Origin: Antedon mediterranea
Taxonomy: Eukaryota; Animalia; Echinodermata
Direction of reading: 5' to 3'
DNA length: 64,000 bases
Assembly (NCBI RefSeq): GCF_964355755.1
Contig: NC_092675.1
Location: 17,146,912-17,210,911 of the forward strand
A model generated the notes under the pieces. It was not told the DNA's origin and did not search any database. It saw nothing but the letters and a program-made list of their open reading frames with translations. This document shows, in pieces, positions 25,327-38,805 of the stretch (position 1 is its first letter; every line of letters begins with the position of its first letter). Position numbers and translations under genes: made by a program.

Positions 25327-26490
25327 TCATGATAACTTACCACCATGCATACTAAAAATGTCTGCTCCAATTATATCCTCAACAATTACAAGCATAATAA
25401 ATCACTCTTTCACAACATGTAAATTTCCAAATACGTGGAAAATAGCAAAGATCACGCCAATTTTTAAGAATGGTGAAAAAACTAACCCTAATAATTATCG
25501 TCCAATTTCCGTCCTACCTATATTTAAAAAAAATTATTGAACGAGTCGTTTTTAATCAACTTTATGCTTTTTTGAATAATAATAATCTGTTATGTATAAA
25601 TCAATCAGGTTTTCGATCATCATACTCAACATCTACCGCACTTACAAAAATGACGAAAGACAGGTATTAGTATTAGTGCAGTAGACGCTGGTCGGAATAT
25701 GTTTACTAGATTTTAAAGGGGCTTTGATACGGTAAACCATACCATACATACAATGATATAAATTATAATCTAAGGCAAAGTGATACACATCTATTCATCC
25801 CGAAGCCAAAAACCGATTTAAAAAAACGAAGTCTGTCTTATCGTGGAGCAATTATGGAATAGTCTCAATGTTGATACACTTCCAATTTCAGTTAGGTTGT
25901 TTAAAACGTATCTGAAAACTGCATTGCAAAAATAATGGTATGGTATCTACGATGGTGTACAGCCAACTTTTAAAATGGCTAGATACTATGTAAAATGTGT
26001 GATTTATCACTATTATTTTAAAGTAAATGAAAACAAAACATTTATTATGTATACTACAGTAGAATCTCCATAAATTATACATCAGTCTCGTGATTAAATA
26101 AAGTTTATATATAGTTTAATTTGATACGCGTTCCGCTGTAGGGTATTCACGTCCATCAATCATAACCCAACATTATGCAACCGTGATCTCTACCGATTAC
26201 GAGCTAAATCAGCCACTTGGTTATAAGTTATAACATTTTTAATAATGTAAATGTATACTCTAAATTATTTACAATAAACTTTTCGGAGAAATTAAGAATG
26301 CTGCCCGGTGAATTTAATATTTAGGTTAATATTATATTAAAAGGTACCTGTTAATGTGAGTACCGTCACATAATATTCATTAATACAAGCGATTAAATAG
26401 TGTTTCATTATAATATAAATTAAAAAGCTTACCGTACCAATATATTTGAACCAGTTGAGACCAAAAGACGAGAGACGAAGGTGCGATACA

Positions 26491-27003
26491 ATGACGTTGT
26501 TTATTATCGTCAAACTGATTGCTTTTTTCTTTCCTGTAATATGTGCAGCCGTTATTTTGGTATATTCTCTTTTCATCGTATACAATCGTCGGCAGTTTGC
26601 ACATTTCCCACAACCGAAAACACTGAGGTAAGTGTTTAGGCCTATAGTTCGTAAATAAGAAGTTATAAAAACTCGTATTAAAGGGACACATGACACAAAG
26701 AAATGTTGGCTTGTTAAACATGTTCTCTGGTTCGTTTCACATGAAAGTGTTCCTTTAAAAGGGGTTGTCTGGAAGAAAAAGAGCGATTCTACTGTATGTT
26801 ATCAATACTTTGTTAAAATTAAGATGGAATTTTGTCTATATAATCAAGACAATTTTACAAAAATGTTGGAAATGTAGCAGGAGAGTTCGTAAAATAAAAA
26901 GGTTTGTAAATAAGAAGTGTGCAAAAACGATGTTAACTGTAGTTACTGATTACATATCTCATTAATTATGTTTACTGATAGTACTAGGCCTATACTAACT
27001 TGT

Positions 27004-27078
<75 letters not shown>

Positions 27079-30000
27079 CATACTGTAAGTTATATAGGCC
27101 TATATTAAATACTTAAAATAAAACCGAAAAATTGGGAGGCTTGACGAATAACTTTTAGTCCGATGCAAGATATGTGTTCACGTTTTTTACCGAGTTTTTA
27201 CCAATTATTATAAAGTCATTTATTTTTTCCATTCTTGTTATTTGTTATAATAAAATATCATTATGTTATATGCATTTATTAGCTTTTTTAAAGGTCACAA
27301 AGGAATTCTGGCTGAAAATAAGATAGATTTCTTCGAGAAATGGTATGTAATTTAATTCTATACAAAGCTTCATTCTATACATTTTATTATAACTTAATAA
27401 TAAACGAAACAATAGTTTTTAATAAAGACAATATTGATATTGGAATGTCAAAGATAGGATACACAACCACCGGCCCCCGTAATTCGATTCGATTTTGACG
27501 AGAGGTTTTAGGCCTATGTACGGTCTTCGCAACAAGATCGATTTGTACTATTGGTATTGTAAGAACAAGTCTGGTCTGGATGGCAATTTGTCCCTGGTCG
27601 AGTGGTGATTCCCCACTCCAGCCACCAGATAAAGAGTTGGACGAACTGCAAATGACGCAATACATTAGTTTTAATTCCACTGAGTTTATCAGGCGGTTTG
27701 TTTCTCATGCCTTTACTTTCTATTGTTATTAAACATCATTTTAATTTAATTTTAATACACAAAACATAATCCGTTGTATTTAAAAATATAACGGATTATG
27801 TTTTGTTTGTTTGCTAAAAACCTTTCTAAAATCGTTTTATAATTGCATTTCAGGTTAAAAACACAGGGCAGTGTTATGTGCATGCATGTCTTCCATTTTA
27901 CACAGATAATCATCCTCGATCCAGCAATCATTAAAGTTAGTAAAGTATAAACATAAAAAAATATATATTAAAAATATGTACATTAAAAAAAGAAAAAGAC
28001 ATTTCTTCCAATGAAGGAAAATTAGTTTGCAATGTTAAGCTTAGGAATCATTCCACTGCTTTTTATTCGACTGATTAGTTGATCATAGCGGACAGTATTC
28101 TTTTCGTACATAAGTTCGGACCTCTCATGAAATATTCATTAGCCATGACCATAAGGTAAGGTAAGAATTGAGCTAAATACAATTCGCTAATGCAAACGCT
28201 TTCCGTCGAGCCGTCTGTGTAGACGAGTGGATTAGACTATGGACTTTACATGTCGAATCCCATGAGCAAATTCCCTTTACTTTATAGTGAGAGATTATTT
28301 AGAGGGTTAGATTTAGTTATATTTCAGAAGTAGTTCGGCTATCATTCACATAAGGGGTCCCCAACTTATATACGAAAACAAAAATCGTAGCCCAGAACTT
28401 TATCTACTACGTTTGAGCTACATCTTACGTTTGAGATTAGACGAAAAAGAGGAATCCACGAACGTCAATGACGACGATATCCAGAGTTATATTATTATTC
28501 TCCTAAAAATAATATTTATAAAAAAAATATTTCACATAATACAGTTATCCACTTTGACCAATAATTGGTTCGAAAAAAATCAAACTTAAATAGTCAAATT
28601 GACTTTGACTGTTTATTTTGTCTTTTTATAGGCCAAAAGAGAACACATTATTTTAAAACAATTGTTTCTACACGAAAGTGATTAACTTGGTCAAAACTGC
28701 GAAATGGCCTATTCAGAGTCATGTTTTTGGGGGACAATATACATCTTGAACGTAATCTTCTCTTTCGCCATGCAGTTGATGAACTATTTAGGTTATAGGC
28801 CTATTCCTTTTTTTTTCAGGAGATAATGAAGACTAATGAACATAAGAAACCTCGGTATCACTTTCTCGAGAATCTGTTTGGAGAGCGTTTTCTTGGCAGA
28901 AGCATACTCACAGAATACGACGACACACTGTGGCGTTTGAAGAGAAAACGACTAAACAAAGCATTTCACAAATCGTATGTTATCTATAATTATTGGATTT
29001 AACACTGTAAGCCAGTTATATGAATGACATTATTTGTTTATCAATATACTGTAGGCCTACATACAAATCCAAATGACATTGTGAGTATCAATGGCTTGAT
29101 CTCTGAATAGAGATACAAATAGGCCTACATGCAAAAAGCTAAATCAAAACTGATTTTTCCTTCATTGTTAGATCATTGATGAAAATGGTAGGCCAGTTTG
29201 ATTCTTGTGCCAACGATTTTATTAACCACCTTAAACCTCTTGCAAATGGTCAACATGTGATTCGTATGGAGCAGAAGTTCGGGCTCGTCACTGAAGATAT
29301 TATTGCCAAGGTAAAGAGGTCATTTAATCGAAACAGATCGGCTGGCATGAATTTACATTGTTTACGCTGTTGTGCTATCACATGGAATTCTCTTAAACAC
29401 ATTCCTGCTCATTATTTCATGTTGTTTGTAAATAAACAAACAGTCAATGAAAAGAAGGAATTATAAAATTTTCCAAACATTCTATATCAATTTACATTTT
29501 ATTCGTGTGGTAACGACCATGGGTTGTTCTCATGGTGCATTTTTTTACAATATCTAAAAACGAAATATGTTTTACCGATTTGACATTTTCAATTTGCCTT
29601 ACTTTTCTTTCTTATTTTTTATAAACGAAATTCTCAATTACCACAATACTTTTGCCAATTTACTAATTAACATAATGCTGCCGGTGTTCTAAGATGTCGC
29701 AGGTTTATCTAATCAATGGAGAATCAAAGAGACAGCCATCATAGTTATCAGATGATGTTGAAATGGGGCACCCGCTGCCACAGCTGGAGATTTGAAATGT
29801 GGGTTTGGGAATATCCCTTAAATGAAAAGATTGACCTATCCAGCGAGTTTCAAGTCTTGGTTTGAAACGAAACTCCGAGAGAGTTCTTGACCACTCCAAA
29901 AATCATTGTTGAGGCATATAGTTTTCTTTTGTTTCAGGTTGGTTTTGGATTAAATCTCGATATTTACAAAGAAACCGGAACTGATTTTGACAAAGCGATC

Positions 30001-33000
30001 GCAGAAACGTTCCGATTAAATTGGGTTCATGGAACGCCTCAATGGTTTTCGGTAATTAAAACAATATTGTATGAATATTATAACGAAAAATAGACAAATT
30101 TGTTCAGCAACATTTCTCCTGAAAATATCATGTAATCTGATAAACTTCATTTCATTGATTAATTTGTTGTAGCTGGTAGTAAATTAACAATACATTACAA
30201 TGTGATGCCTATATTTTTGTATGATACAATTTGTAAAATCTACTTTTTAAATATAGTATCCACCGTTTGGAAAGGCACTTAAACAGCGAAACAGATCTAA
30301 GTTGGCTTGTAGGATACTACGTAAGTTTGGACGGGATTGTATTGTGAAGAGGTTAGAAGATTCCAAGAACAATGACGACACTCCAATAGATTTATTGCAC
30401 TACATATTACAGGAGTACACAATGGATGAGTCGTTACTTTCACCAGAATGTTATGAAAACATTGTCGATGAATTCGTAACATTTTTTATTGCAGGTAATA
30501 TTTCCACTTTTAAAATCATGGTTTTAGTCATTCTTGTATAGGCCTAGGCATGGAGGTATACCTCCATGGCCTAGGCCTAGATGATAAATGAATTCAATTA
30601 AAGCGTGTTTATTTGTAGCATAGAGTGTTTATGTACATCTTATATTACATTTCGTTAGTGTTAATGCTGTTTATTCACCTTTTTCACAATATAACCAACA
30701 TTACTGAACTTAATGGCGGTAGTACCTTTTTAAACATTTTTGTGATTATAAATTCTTCACGTCTTAACGTTTTCCGTCTTCCGACATTACGCTTTCCACA
30801 ATTTGTTTGCATTTTTGTCTTTTTATGGCAGGATGGTTTGTATTGTGATTATAAACGTTTCCTAATTGTTTTTCGTAACACTTTCATAGGTAACGAAACA
30901 ACGGCAGGTTTATTATCGTTTACGTTAATTTTACTTGGAAAGCATCCGGATGTTCAGAGGAAGTATGTATTCTTGTTAATTGTTAAACTCACGGACGTTG
31001 TAAGCGCGCGCCGCATGTAATCTGACCAATCACAACGCGATGAATCATCTGAATTGTCTTGTGATTGGTCAACTCACTTCCGAGAATTTTTTAACGTGCT
31101 CATATCACAACGCAACAATCATTTAATTTTTCTCTAGTGGAATCGGTTTACACAGGATATCTTTAACTATTGTTTTTTTTATTATGGTTTTAAATATTTT
31201 AAAATATTTAAAAAATTGCTTTTTTTAATAGGCCTACTGTTATGAACCCTTTACTTGTATTGATCAAATGAATGAACGAAAGCGAATTGACCAATGGCAA
31301 GGACATTTCGAATTATCCATCGCTTGTGATTGGTCAAATTGATTGCGTTGCGCTTATGTCATCTCTTACAGAATAAGTTTTAGAAAATAATTTTCTTGTT
31401 CAATTATTAGAGTTCAAATGGAGATCGACGAGGTTATTGGTGGCAAACAAAATATTGAGTACGAAGATGTTTTGAAGCTTAAATATCTTTCATTGGTAAA
31501 TAACGTCTGAATGTTTTCTCGTTTAATATCATGAAGATTACAGTGCAAAACTGTCTGATGTTTGTACAAACGTTCTGACACTTGGATAAAATTCCATATA
31601 ATAATGTAAATTAGGGAAGAGTGCTGTAAAGCAATGAGTAATAACATAAATAGTGCATGTAAAATAGATAGTGTTGGAAATAACCAACCAACGAAGCTAC
31701 TGCCCTGGTTAATCAACAAAATAACATTAGCGGATTAATATGCCTATTTGATATGTACGTTTATACTATGATAAACACAATTATTTCGAAATTACAGGTG
31801 TTTAAAGAAGTGTTAAGAGTAAATCCAGTAGTCAGTGGTTCTGTCAGAGTCAACTCGTCAGAAATGATGTTAAATGGATATAATCTTCCCAAAGGGACAT
31901 TCTTACAAGTAATTATTTTTTTCATGTTTTAATCTAGTCTAGTATGGGGAAAGTGCAAACAGTGTGTTTTTAAATATTTGAAGCATGCTGGTTATAAAAA
32001 CCCGTGTTGTCAAATTTCTAAAATTCATATTTGACCTCAATTTGAATATTTTGACCCATTGAAAAGAAAATGGTAATATTTTCGCAACGCTTTAGTTAAA
32101 GATGTATTGTCCATTGAAACACAAAAAATGAAGGTCAAAATATTCTAAATTTAAATTGGCCATATCAAAGTAATATTAAAGTTATTCACTTTAAGTCGAA
32201 AATTCGAGCCACAAACAACAAGTTTACGTAATTAACAGGTAAATTAATTTGATTACATTTCGTCTGGAAAATCGTCACGAGCGAAAGTAAACAAAGATTT
32301 CAAACCACGAGTATGCATTATGCATGATGCTAATTAGGACTGTTTACAACTCGTCACGGTTGAGAAGGTGTTCTCACACAGATCGCAAGAAAGTTTTATG
32401 ATTATGCATACAGAGTAGCCAAACAAGCGCGTTAAATTATGAGATGTTTTGATCGAAAACTTTGACTGGAAGTCAAAGTTGAATGATTTTTTTTTCGACT
32501 AATTTCTGGTGAAAGTAATAACTATTATGATACTTCAAAATGACCTACTTTTTTTCGAAATCTTTTTTAAAATGTTTTAAGAAACAATACATCTTTAAAT
32601 AAAATAATGTATTGTATCCAATTATTTAGAAGATGTATGATTTTTGACATTTTTGACCGTCATGTCATTTAACTCCGTAATTAACAGTTGGAGAAAATTT
32701 AAATATGAACTTAATCGGAAGATGTCAGTTTAATAAGAACTTTCGAAGAAAGCGACCCAAAATATTTGTATTGACATTTGACCTGACTGGTAGTAGGCCT
32801 ACACATTCTATATGTCAAAACTATTAGCCGTAAAAAGATTTTATTTTGTGAAATTTTTAGAAAAATAAAAGAACAGTTGTTTATAAATATCGACCTTTAA
32901 GTGACCAAGTCAAAAAAAATAGATTTTCTTTAAAATGTGCACAATGAAAGAGGTTTGGTTGAAACATGCACAGATAAAATTAGTTTGGATATCTGTATCT

Positions 33001-36000
33001 TGTTGCCATAGAAACGGCCATTTTAAAAACGTTGATTTCAATAACTCTTGTTTTTGTTGAAATTTAATTTTTATTACAAGATGATGAACGACAAAAAATT
33101 GTTGGTCGGGCATGGGAATGGACCGTTCCATTTATTTTCAATAGGGGTGTTTTTACTTGTGGTAAAATATCCAATTATGGCCAAAGTTTGGAGCTTCACA
33201 GCGTCTATGGTAACATTATAAATTGCGTTGTTCTTGATTATATATGTTCTATGAACCGTATTTGAATGGATGAAAGGCAAAAAACTTTAGGGAATACATT
33301 TTTGTTATACTGATGTTGTCACAAATGTTTGTATTTTTTCCGATTTCAGGATATTATGTTATTTGTCACAAGTAATGGCAAAAAATGTGGAGTGAATTCA
33401 AATTGAATCAAATATTAAAACCGAAATGTAGAGCAGACATTATTCTATACATTGATATAAAGAATTTAATGTTTGAGCAAGAAAAACTATTATACCCTAC
33501 CCAAAATTGTTAACCTAGAACTCAGTATTTTGTTCACTTGTGTTCATAGCTATAAAGATGTTCATAGCTATAAAGATGTGCATAACGATGCTTAAATGAA
33601 TCAGAGTATATGCCTATCATATATTATATATAATTAATGGCAATTTTAGATATACTGTACTAGTCATTATTTAAAAAATAATATTGACATGTTTTAGATA
33701 CGGAAATGTTATTAGAAATGCGTTAAAATCCCACCTTAGGGATGAGAATATTTAATGTTAACATCAATTTTTGTGTTATAGGTAGGCATACGTAAAGATA
33801 CCAAAAAGTGTACGTAGTGTAGACCTCTCATATCCCATGTACTGTATTTTGTTGCTTGTAACCCGTTTTTCCCTTCACTACTTCAATGCTTAAACTTGTG
33901 GCCATGTCAAGAACTTAATCACAAGATGGTTGAGGTGTCTCCTGATCTTCCTCTGACCAACAGAATAGACCACTCCATTTTTTTTTGTATTTACCTAAAG
34001 TGTGATTAATTCCAAAGTATGAAGAAAATCCATTTTTTGGAATTTTGCCACTTTTTAATGAAATAGGTCGATATTTGTAGTTAACCGCATTATAACAAAA
34101 GATGGGGGACACTAACACACCAGTACTTAATTGGTTTGAACTAGACAAGTCTGTTATTGTCTGTTTTGTTAGTTCACCAGTCAGCTTTTCGAACTTTGTC
34201 TGAAACGAGCTCAAGTATATGTAGTATGAAACCCCATATGTGCCAAAATATTTATCTTTTTACTAATATTAGGCCTAAGTCAAATCTCCGTCTAGAATCT
34301 AGTGATGGTGATAATTCTAAATATCTAATTCTCTGCTTTCACACTATATTTCGTTTAACCCTTTCCAGTCAGCGACTCCCAATCGAAAATTCTCACATCA
34401 TCTATCATCAGGTACAATAAATAAAGGTCAACTATATGCCATTGATGATCTTAAAAACGTTGATAAGAGAAGCTCTTTTTCTTCATAACTCCATAGTGAT
34501 TTAAATTTCTACTCCCACCATGACTTAAATATTTCTTTTAACCCTTTCCAGTCAGCGACTCCCAATCGAAAATTCTCACATCATCTATCATCAGGTACAA
34601 TAAATAAAGGTCAACTATATGCCATTGATGATCTTAAAAACGTTGATAAGAGAAGCTCTTTTTCTTCATAACTCCATAGTGATTTAAATTTCTACTCCCA
34701 CCATGACTTAAATATTTCTTTTAACCCTTTCCAGTCAGCGACTCCCAATCGAAAATTCTCACATCTATCATCAGGTACAATAAATAAAGGTCAACTATAT
34801 GCCATTGATGATCTTTAAAAACATTGATAAGAGAAGCTCTTTTTCTTCATAACTCCATAGTGATTTAAAATTCTACTCCCACCATGACTTAACTGTAAAT
34901 CTAAATTATAAACACGTGGCATCACAATATTTTAAGCTTTTTTAACATTGAAATATTTGTTTCCAGTTTCCCTATTCAGTAATTTCTAAACTTGAAAAGT
35001 ACTATAAGAATCCGTTGGAATTCCACCCTGAAAGATGGACAGATAGCAAGTTGACGGAAAGCACCAAGTAAGGACATCCACTTTTAACATACTCTCTCTC
35101 GTTTTTGCTTCTTTTTATGTAGTCACCTCAGTTTTTAGGAAATTGAGCTGACAGCAGCAGCGTGGGCAAAGCTTTTGAAAAAAATTATTCCGAACAAAAT
35201 CCAAAACGGATGCTTTGGATACTAGATAATTTGGTGGCGCTCTATAATTGACATAGACATCGCTTTATTCATCGAACAATTTGGAAATTACAAATTGATT
35301 ACGTAATAGTCCAAGCAAAAACCCAACAAAAAAAAAAGTTATTTTTATTTTAAAAAGATGCTAGACATATAAGATGCTTTTTTTGGATGCCTAAATAAGT
35401 CATGGCAGTTAGGTAGTTTGCCAATAATTTATCACATTGCCGATATCTCGTCAACACTACATTGAATTATCACTGTTTTAACACAATGTAATGCTCCTTA
35501 TTCAATAAACTTCGGGAGTTGACCACCTGTAACAGGAAAAAGCTTAAGTTTGAACAAAAATGTTGAGATCATTAGATATAGCAAGATTAAAGTTTAGCTT
35601 AATTACAATACAAATAAAATATATAGTATATTACACAATGTTGTCGTTTACGGTAATTAATGTATTATACCTTCTAGCAAATAAGGACAATTGTTTAAAA
35701 TCACATTCTTTTTATTAGGACCTGTTTGTTTATCCATAAACATATTTTGCACATTGAATATCTTATCAATTCCTAAATATGTAATCTTTCTTGTTATTTT
35801 TAGTTTTAATTATCAGTATTTTCCTTTTTCTGCTGGTCCTCGGATATGCATTGGTAAAGACTTCGCTCTTGTAAGTACTCCAAATGAGGAAGGGACTATA
35901 TCATTTGTATCTTGTTAAATTACACTATTATTAGATATAATGTAAATAAAGAAAACTAAATTTAGTACAAGACTAAAGTAGTCACTAATGAGAGTTTTAA

Positions 36001-36154
36001 ACATTGTTTTCAGATCGAAGCTCGTATTATCCTGGCCAGATTGATGGGACGTTTCAATATTCGTCTGGAGAAACAAAGATGTGATGCCGTAACAAGCACA
36101 ATAGCACAGCGACCAATTGATGGTTGCCTAATAACTATGACAACTCGCAAATAA
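26491..36154 (+). CDS. Cytochrome P450, CYP46A1 (cholesterol 24-hydroxylase)-like, 500 aa. Exons 26491-26627, 27283-27342, 27854-27935, 28820-28974, 29172-29310, 29938-30051, 30257-30494, 30890-30962, 31411-31495, 31798-31908, 34967-35067, 35804-35870, 36014-36154
   Basis: 13 GT-AG exons join in frame to 1503 nt. N-terminal anchor, LFGERFLG..W...R (C-helix), I-helix DEFVTFFIAGNETTA, K-helix EVLR, FHPERW and heme loop FSAGPRICIG. LFGERF, DIIAKVGFG and FVTFFIAG are characteristic of the CYP46 clan. Confidence 0.93.
27008..27076. repeat. (TA)n microsatellite
   Basis: Pure TA run of about 69 bp in CYP intron 1. Confidence 0.95.
30549..30568. mobile_element. 20-bp CATGG palindrome with 7-bp TSD (gcctagg); putative P-like footprint
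   Basis: gcctagg|catggaggtatacctccatg|gcctagg. Confidence 0.7.
31000..31360. mobile_element. MITE-like inverted repeat carrying CCAAT boxes in CYP intron 8
   Basis: tgaccaatcacaacgcgatg...tgattggtcaa is mirrored by ttgaccaat...catcgcttgtgattggtca. Confidence 0.5.
34354..34892. repeat. 183-bp tandem repeat, about 3 near-identical copies, in CYP intron 10
   Basis: tttaaccctttccagtcagcgactccc starts at 34354, 34537 and 34720. Confidence 0.92.
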
Positions 36155-36732
36155 TATTATATATACGCAGTACAATGATTGGCTTGTCATATTTCGCTGA
36201 AACTTTAATTTAGTTAATTATAAATTGTGACATGACATGATCCAATTATAATTACCCACTGGCCAAGCTAAAATTATTACATCGTCCCGAATCCTGTATG
36301 TTGAAAAATCTAGTAAACTGTCCTTGTAAGTTTTGTAGCAGTACTTCAAAATTATGATGAATGGCAAAATGTTCACGATCTGACAAATATGGGATGAATG
36401 AATCTACTAATATAAATAAACTTTGTTTTAAATAAGTTTAAACCCACATTCAAGACAGCACATTGAAGAATGAGTAGTATTTAGATAATAAAGTTTCTTG
36501 TGCGGTTTAAAATTAATTTTTGCCATAGATCTGTTTTTTTCATCCGTGATTTTAAAATGGGCCTGATCTTAAGAAAAATGGTCACTTAAATACCAAAGGC
36601 CATGGATACTTTTGTTTCTAGACATGTGTGATCCAAACAGCACTAAGTTCGAAAGTCCACAAGAAAAAATAGTTTGTTCGTTCATTGTCCCAAACCTGTG
36701 AAATTTAACCAGTACTGGTCTCTGTTCTTTCA

Positions 36733-38805
36733 TTACATACAGAGCCAAAAGCAAATGGTCAATATTCTATTAGTATCAAGACTTTTGGCAGGTATAAACG
36801 TAAGCGATGCTTGGCCAAGGTCTTCTGAAATCTCTGCCATTTCTGATCTTAATTGTTCTTGGTGTAGTACTTTCTGATGAAAAAATAATTGAATGGACAA
36901 TGTTTGATTTTGTTTAAACCCAATGTCAGCTATGCAATTACAAACCAGTTTGTTAATCTCTTGCATCAGTGTTGTTAAGCTAATTTTCTGAAGGCAATTT
37001 TCAACACCAACAAGTAATGTTGCCATTTTATCTTCTGCGGAAAAAAGGCAATCCAAGTGCATTCTACATATGTCGTTAACCCTCTGTACATATTGCCAAT
37101 TAGGTTGGTTAAAATGGGCTGTAACATGCCATTCAATTGCTGCATTTCTGGGTAGAAATGGAACTACAACAAATGCTATCAGACATGGGTTTGAAAATTC
37201 ACTGTCAAGTGACTCCAGTTTGGCGTTATGAAAGGCTTTCCACTCATTTTTAGCAGTTTCAATGTAGGATGATGAAGTCACATAACAAACAGTCAAAATA
37301 GCATTACAAATTGATGTTGTTGATGTCATTGCACATAAAATACGATCAACACTTCGTAATGACAGTCGGCATTGTGCTAATACACCACCCTCAATTAACT
37401 TCATGGAGCTTGGACATAGACCTATAACCCCAGCACAGAAGATGGTATCTTCAACCTGAACTGCTTGACTGTATGGTCCAATGTTAGCAGGAGCCCAGTG
37501 GGATATCCCTTGAACATGCATTGTATTACGCTGTCGACTCAACAGGCCTTCACTTGGAATAGGTTGGCAACGATGTGCTATACAGTCTACTTCAAAAAGA
37601 TTTCCATTTGTAGTATCTATTTGAACACAAACTCTTGCTGGAGGGTTTGAAGGAAAACACTGAAGGAATGCAAAGTTGACATCTTTATAGTATGCCATAC
37701 TACACAGATAAAGATTAATAAGAACAAGATCATCAAACATCATTTTGTACTCTCTAAGCAGTTCTTTTATTTGCATAAGAGCAATCATGGCCATATTCTG
37801 GATATCCAAAGGATTGTTTTCAGAAGATTTTTTAACACTTATGCCAGATATTTTTAAAAAACCATTTCTGAATTTGCATTTTTTAAAGCACACAATCTGA
37901 CCCGACTTCTGAAATTCCAAAGAAGGCAACTGCTTGTTAATAGAGGTTTCACCTTGGTCACTAACGGTTTCCACCGATGTACTTATTCCTAGTTCCTTGT
38001 GTATGTTACTACCTGATTTCATTGGAAGTACTTTGACTCTATCAAACAATGGTACATTGACATCTATATCCTTTTCTTTAAGGTGCATCTGGTGAAGATG
38101 AAGATAAAAAACGGGTGAAACTGCATCATCTGAATGCACAATCATTTCTTGTTTATCAATAATAATTTCTTTATTAAACAGTGGACAGTCCAATGTTAAA
38201 GTTTCGTATTCTCCTCCTTCACCGCACACATTAAGTTGATATTTTTCTTTCATTTTTAACAGATGCTCCTGAATCCCACTTAGAGTTTGACCAAGATGTT
38301 GCTCTGTCAATCCTAGAGATGCAACCTTTATAATAATTGCAGTAACACCACTACTGATCATTTCATCAAGAAGTTCTTGTTGATTTCGTTGCCATAAATA
38401 TGCAAGAACTGTCAATCCAAGCCTTGTGCATACATTTTCAACTCGCACTCTTTGGTAATTTGATAGAATAGCTCCAACTGAAACGGCTTCAATCATCTGT
38501 TCATTCTTAATTTGTTTTAAAAGTTGATAAAGGTCCTCAACCTCATCACCATTTGTTACAACATAATCTTTACCAATCTCCAAAGAATTCCCCTGAATCC
38601 AGTGCTGATATAAAGGTAATCCCATCGCTTTAGAGTACAGCTGTATAGCATGATGACCAACGGTTTGGAACATATAGCTGTCAAGTTCATCTTTGTGTTT
38701 TGGCCGCAAGTTTGCCAAAGCAACGATTTCGTGGCCTTCTGCCACACACTGCATCATATTATAGCAGCTGTCTTTACCACCACTTATCAAAGCAACAGTC
38801 TTCAT
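36733..38805 (-). CDS. DPH6: Diphthine--ammonia ligase (diphthamide synthase) with two C-terminal YjgF/RidA-like domains, uninterrupted CDS, 690 aa
   Basis: PP-loop ALISGGKDSCYNM, DELDSYMFQTVGH, GDEVEDL, GAILSNYQRVRVENVC, CGEGGEYETLTLDCPLF. The C-terminal half has NPPARVCV and MHVQGISHWAPANIGPYSQA. A splice acceptor (tttttctctttacttcag, minus strand) at 38882 indicates a 5'UTR intron. Confidence 0.96.
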   Translation of the reverse strand: MKTVALISGGKDSCYNMMQCVAEGHEIVALANLRPKHKDELDSYMFQTVGHHAIQLYSKAMGLPLYQHWIQGNSLEIGKDYVVTNGDEVEDLYQLLKQIKNEQMIEAVSVGAILSNYQRVRVENVCTRLGLTVLAYLWQRNQQELLDEMISSGVTAIIIKVASLGLTEQHLGQTLSGIQEHLLKMKEKYQLNVCGEGGEYETLTLDCPLFNKEIIIDKQEMIVHSDDAVSPVFYLHLHQMHLKEKDIDVNVPLFDRVKVLPMKSGSNIHKELGISTSVETVSDQGETSINKQLPSLEFQKSGQIVCFKKCKFRNGFLKISGISVKKSSENNPLDIQNMAMIALMQIKELLREYKMMFDDLVLINLYLCSMAYYKDVNFAFLQCFPSNPPARVCVQIDTTNGNLFEVDCIAHRCQPIPSEGLLSRQRNTMHVQGISHWAPANIGPYSQAVQVEDTIFCAGVIGLCPSSMKLIEGGVLAQCRLSLRSVDRILCAMTSTTSICNAILTVCYVTSSSYIETAKNEWKAFHNAKLESLDSEFSNPCLIAFVVVPFLPRNAAIEWHVTAHFNQPNWQYVQRVNDICRMHLDCLFSAEDKMATLLVGVENCLQKISLTTLMQEINKLVCNCIADIGFKQNQTLSIQLFFHQKVLHQEQLRSEMAEISEDLGQASLTFIPAKSLDTNRILTICFWLCM

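Larger units (their letters stand above)
21410..26100 (+). mobile_element. Decayed CR1/L2-type LINE ORF2 remnant (21410-22033 joined to 25330-26100), split by a foldback element
   Basis: LDKHAPWKKHRV..APWLT. KATG|HDNLPPCILK rejoins across the insertion. FPNTWKIAKITPIFKNGEKTNPNNYRPISVLP and NQSGFR follow. Many frameshifts. Confidence 0.8.

Noticed and set aside
22031-25332. Mirror-image 74/75-aa ORFs (MRPKLPRCDQW...)
   Set aside because: By-products of the inverted arms of a foldback element, with TTG starts and no recognisable domain.
33915-34214. 99-aa minus-strand ORF in CYP intron 10
   Set aside because: No recognisable motif or splice structure; possibly transposon debris.
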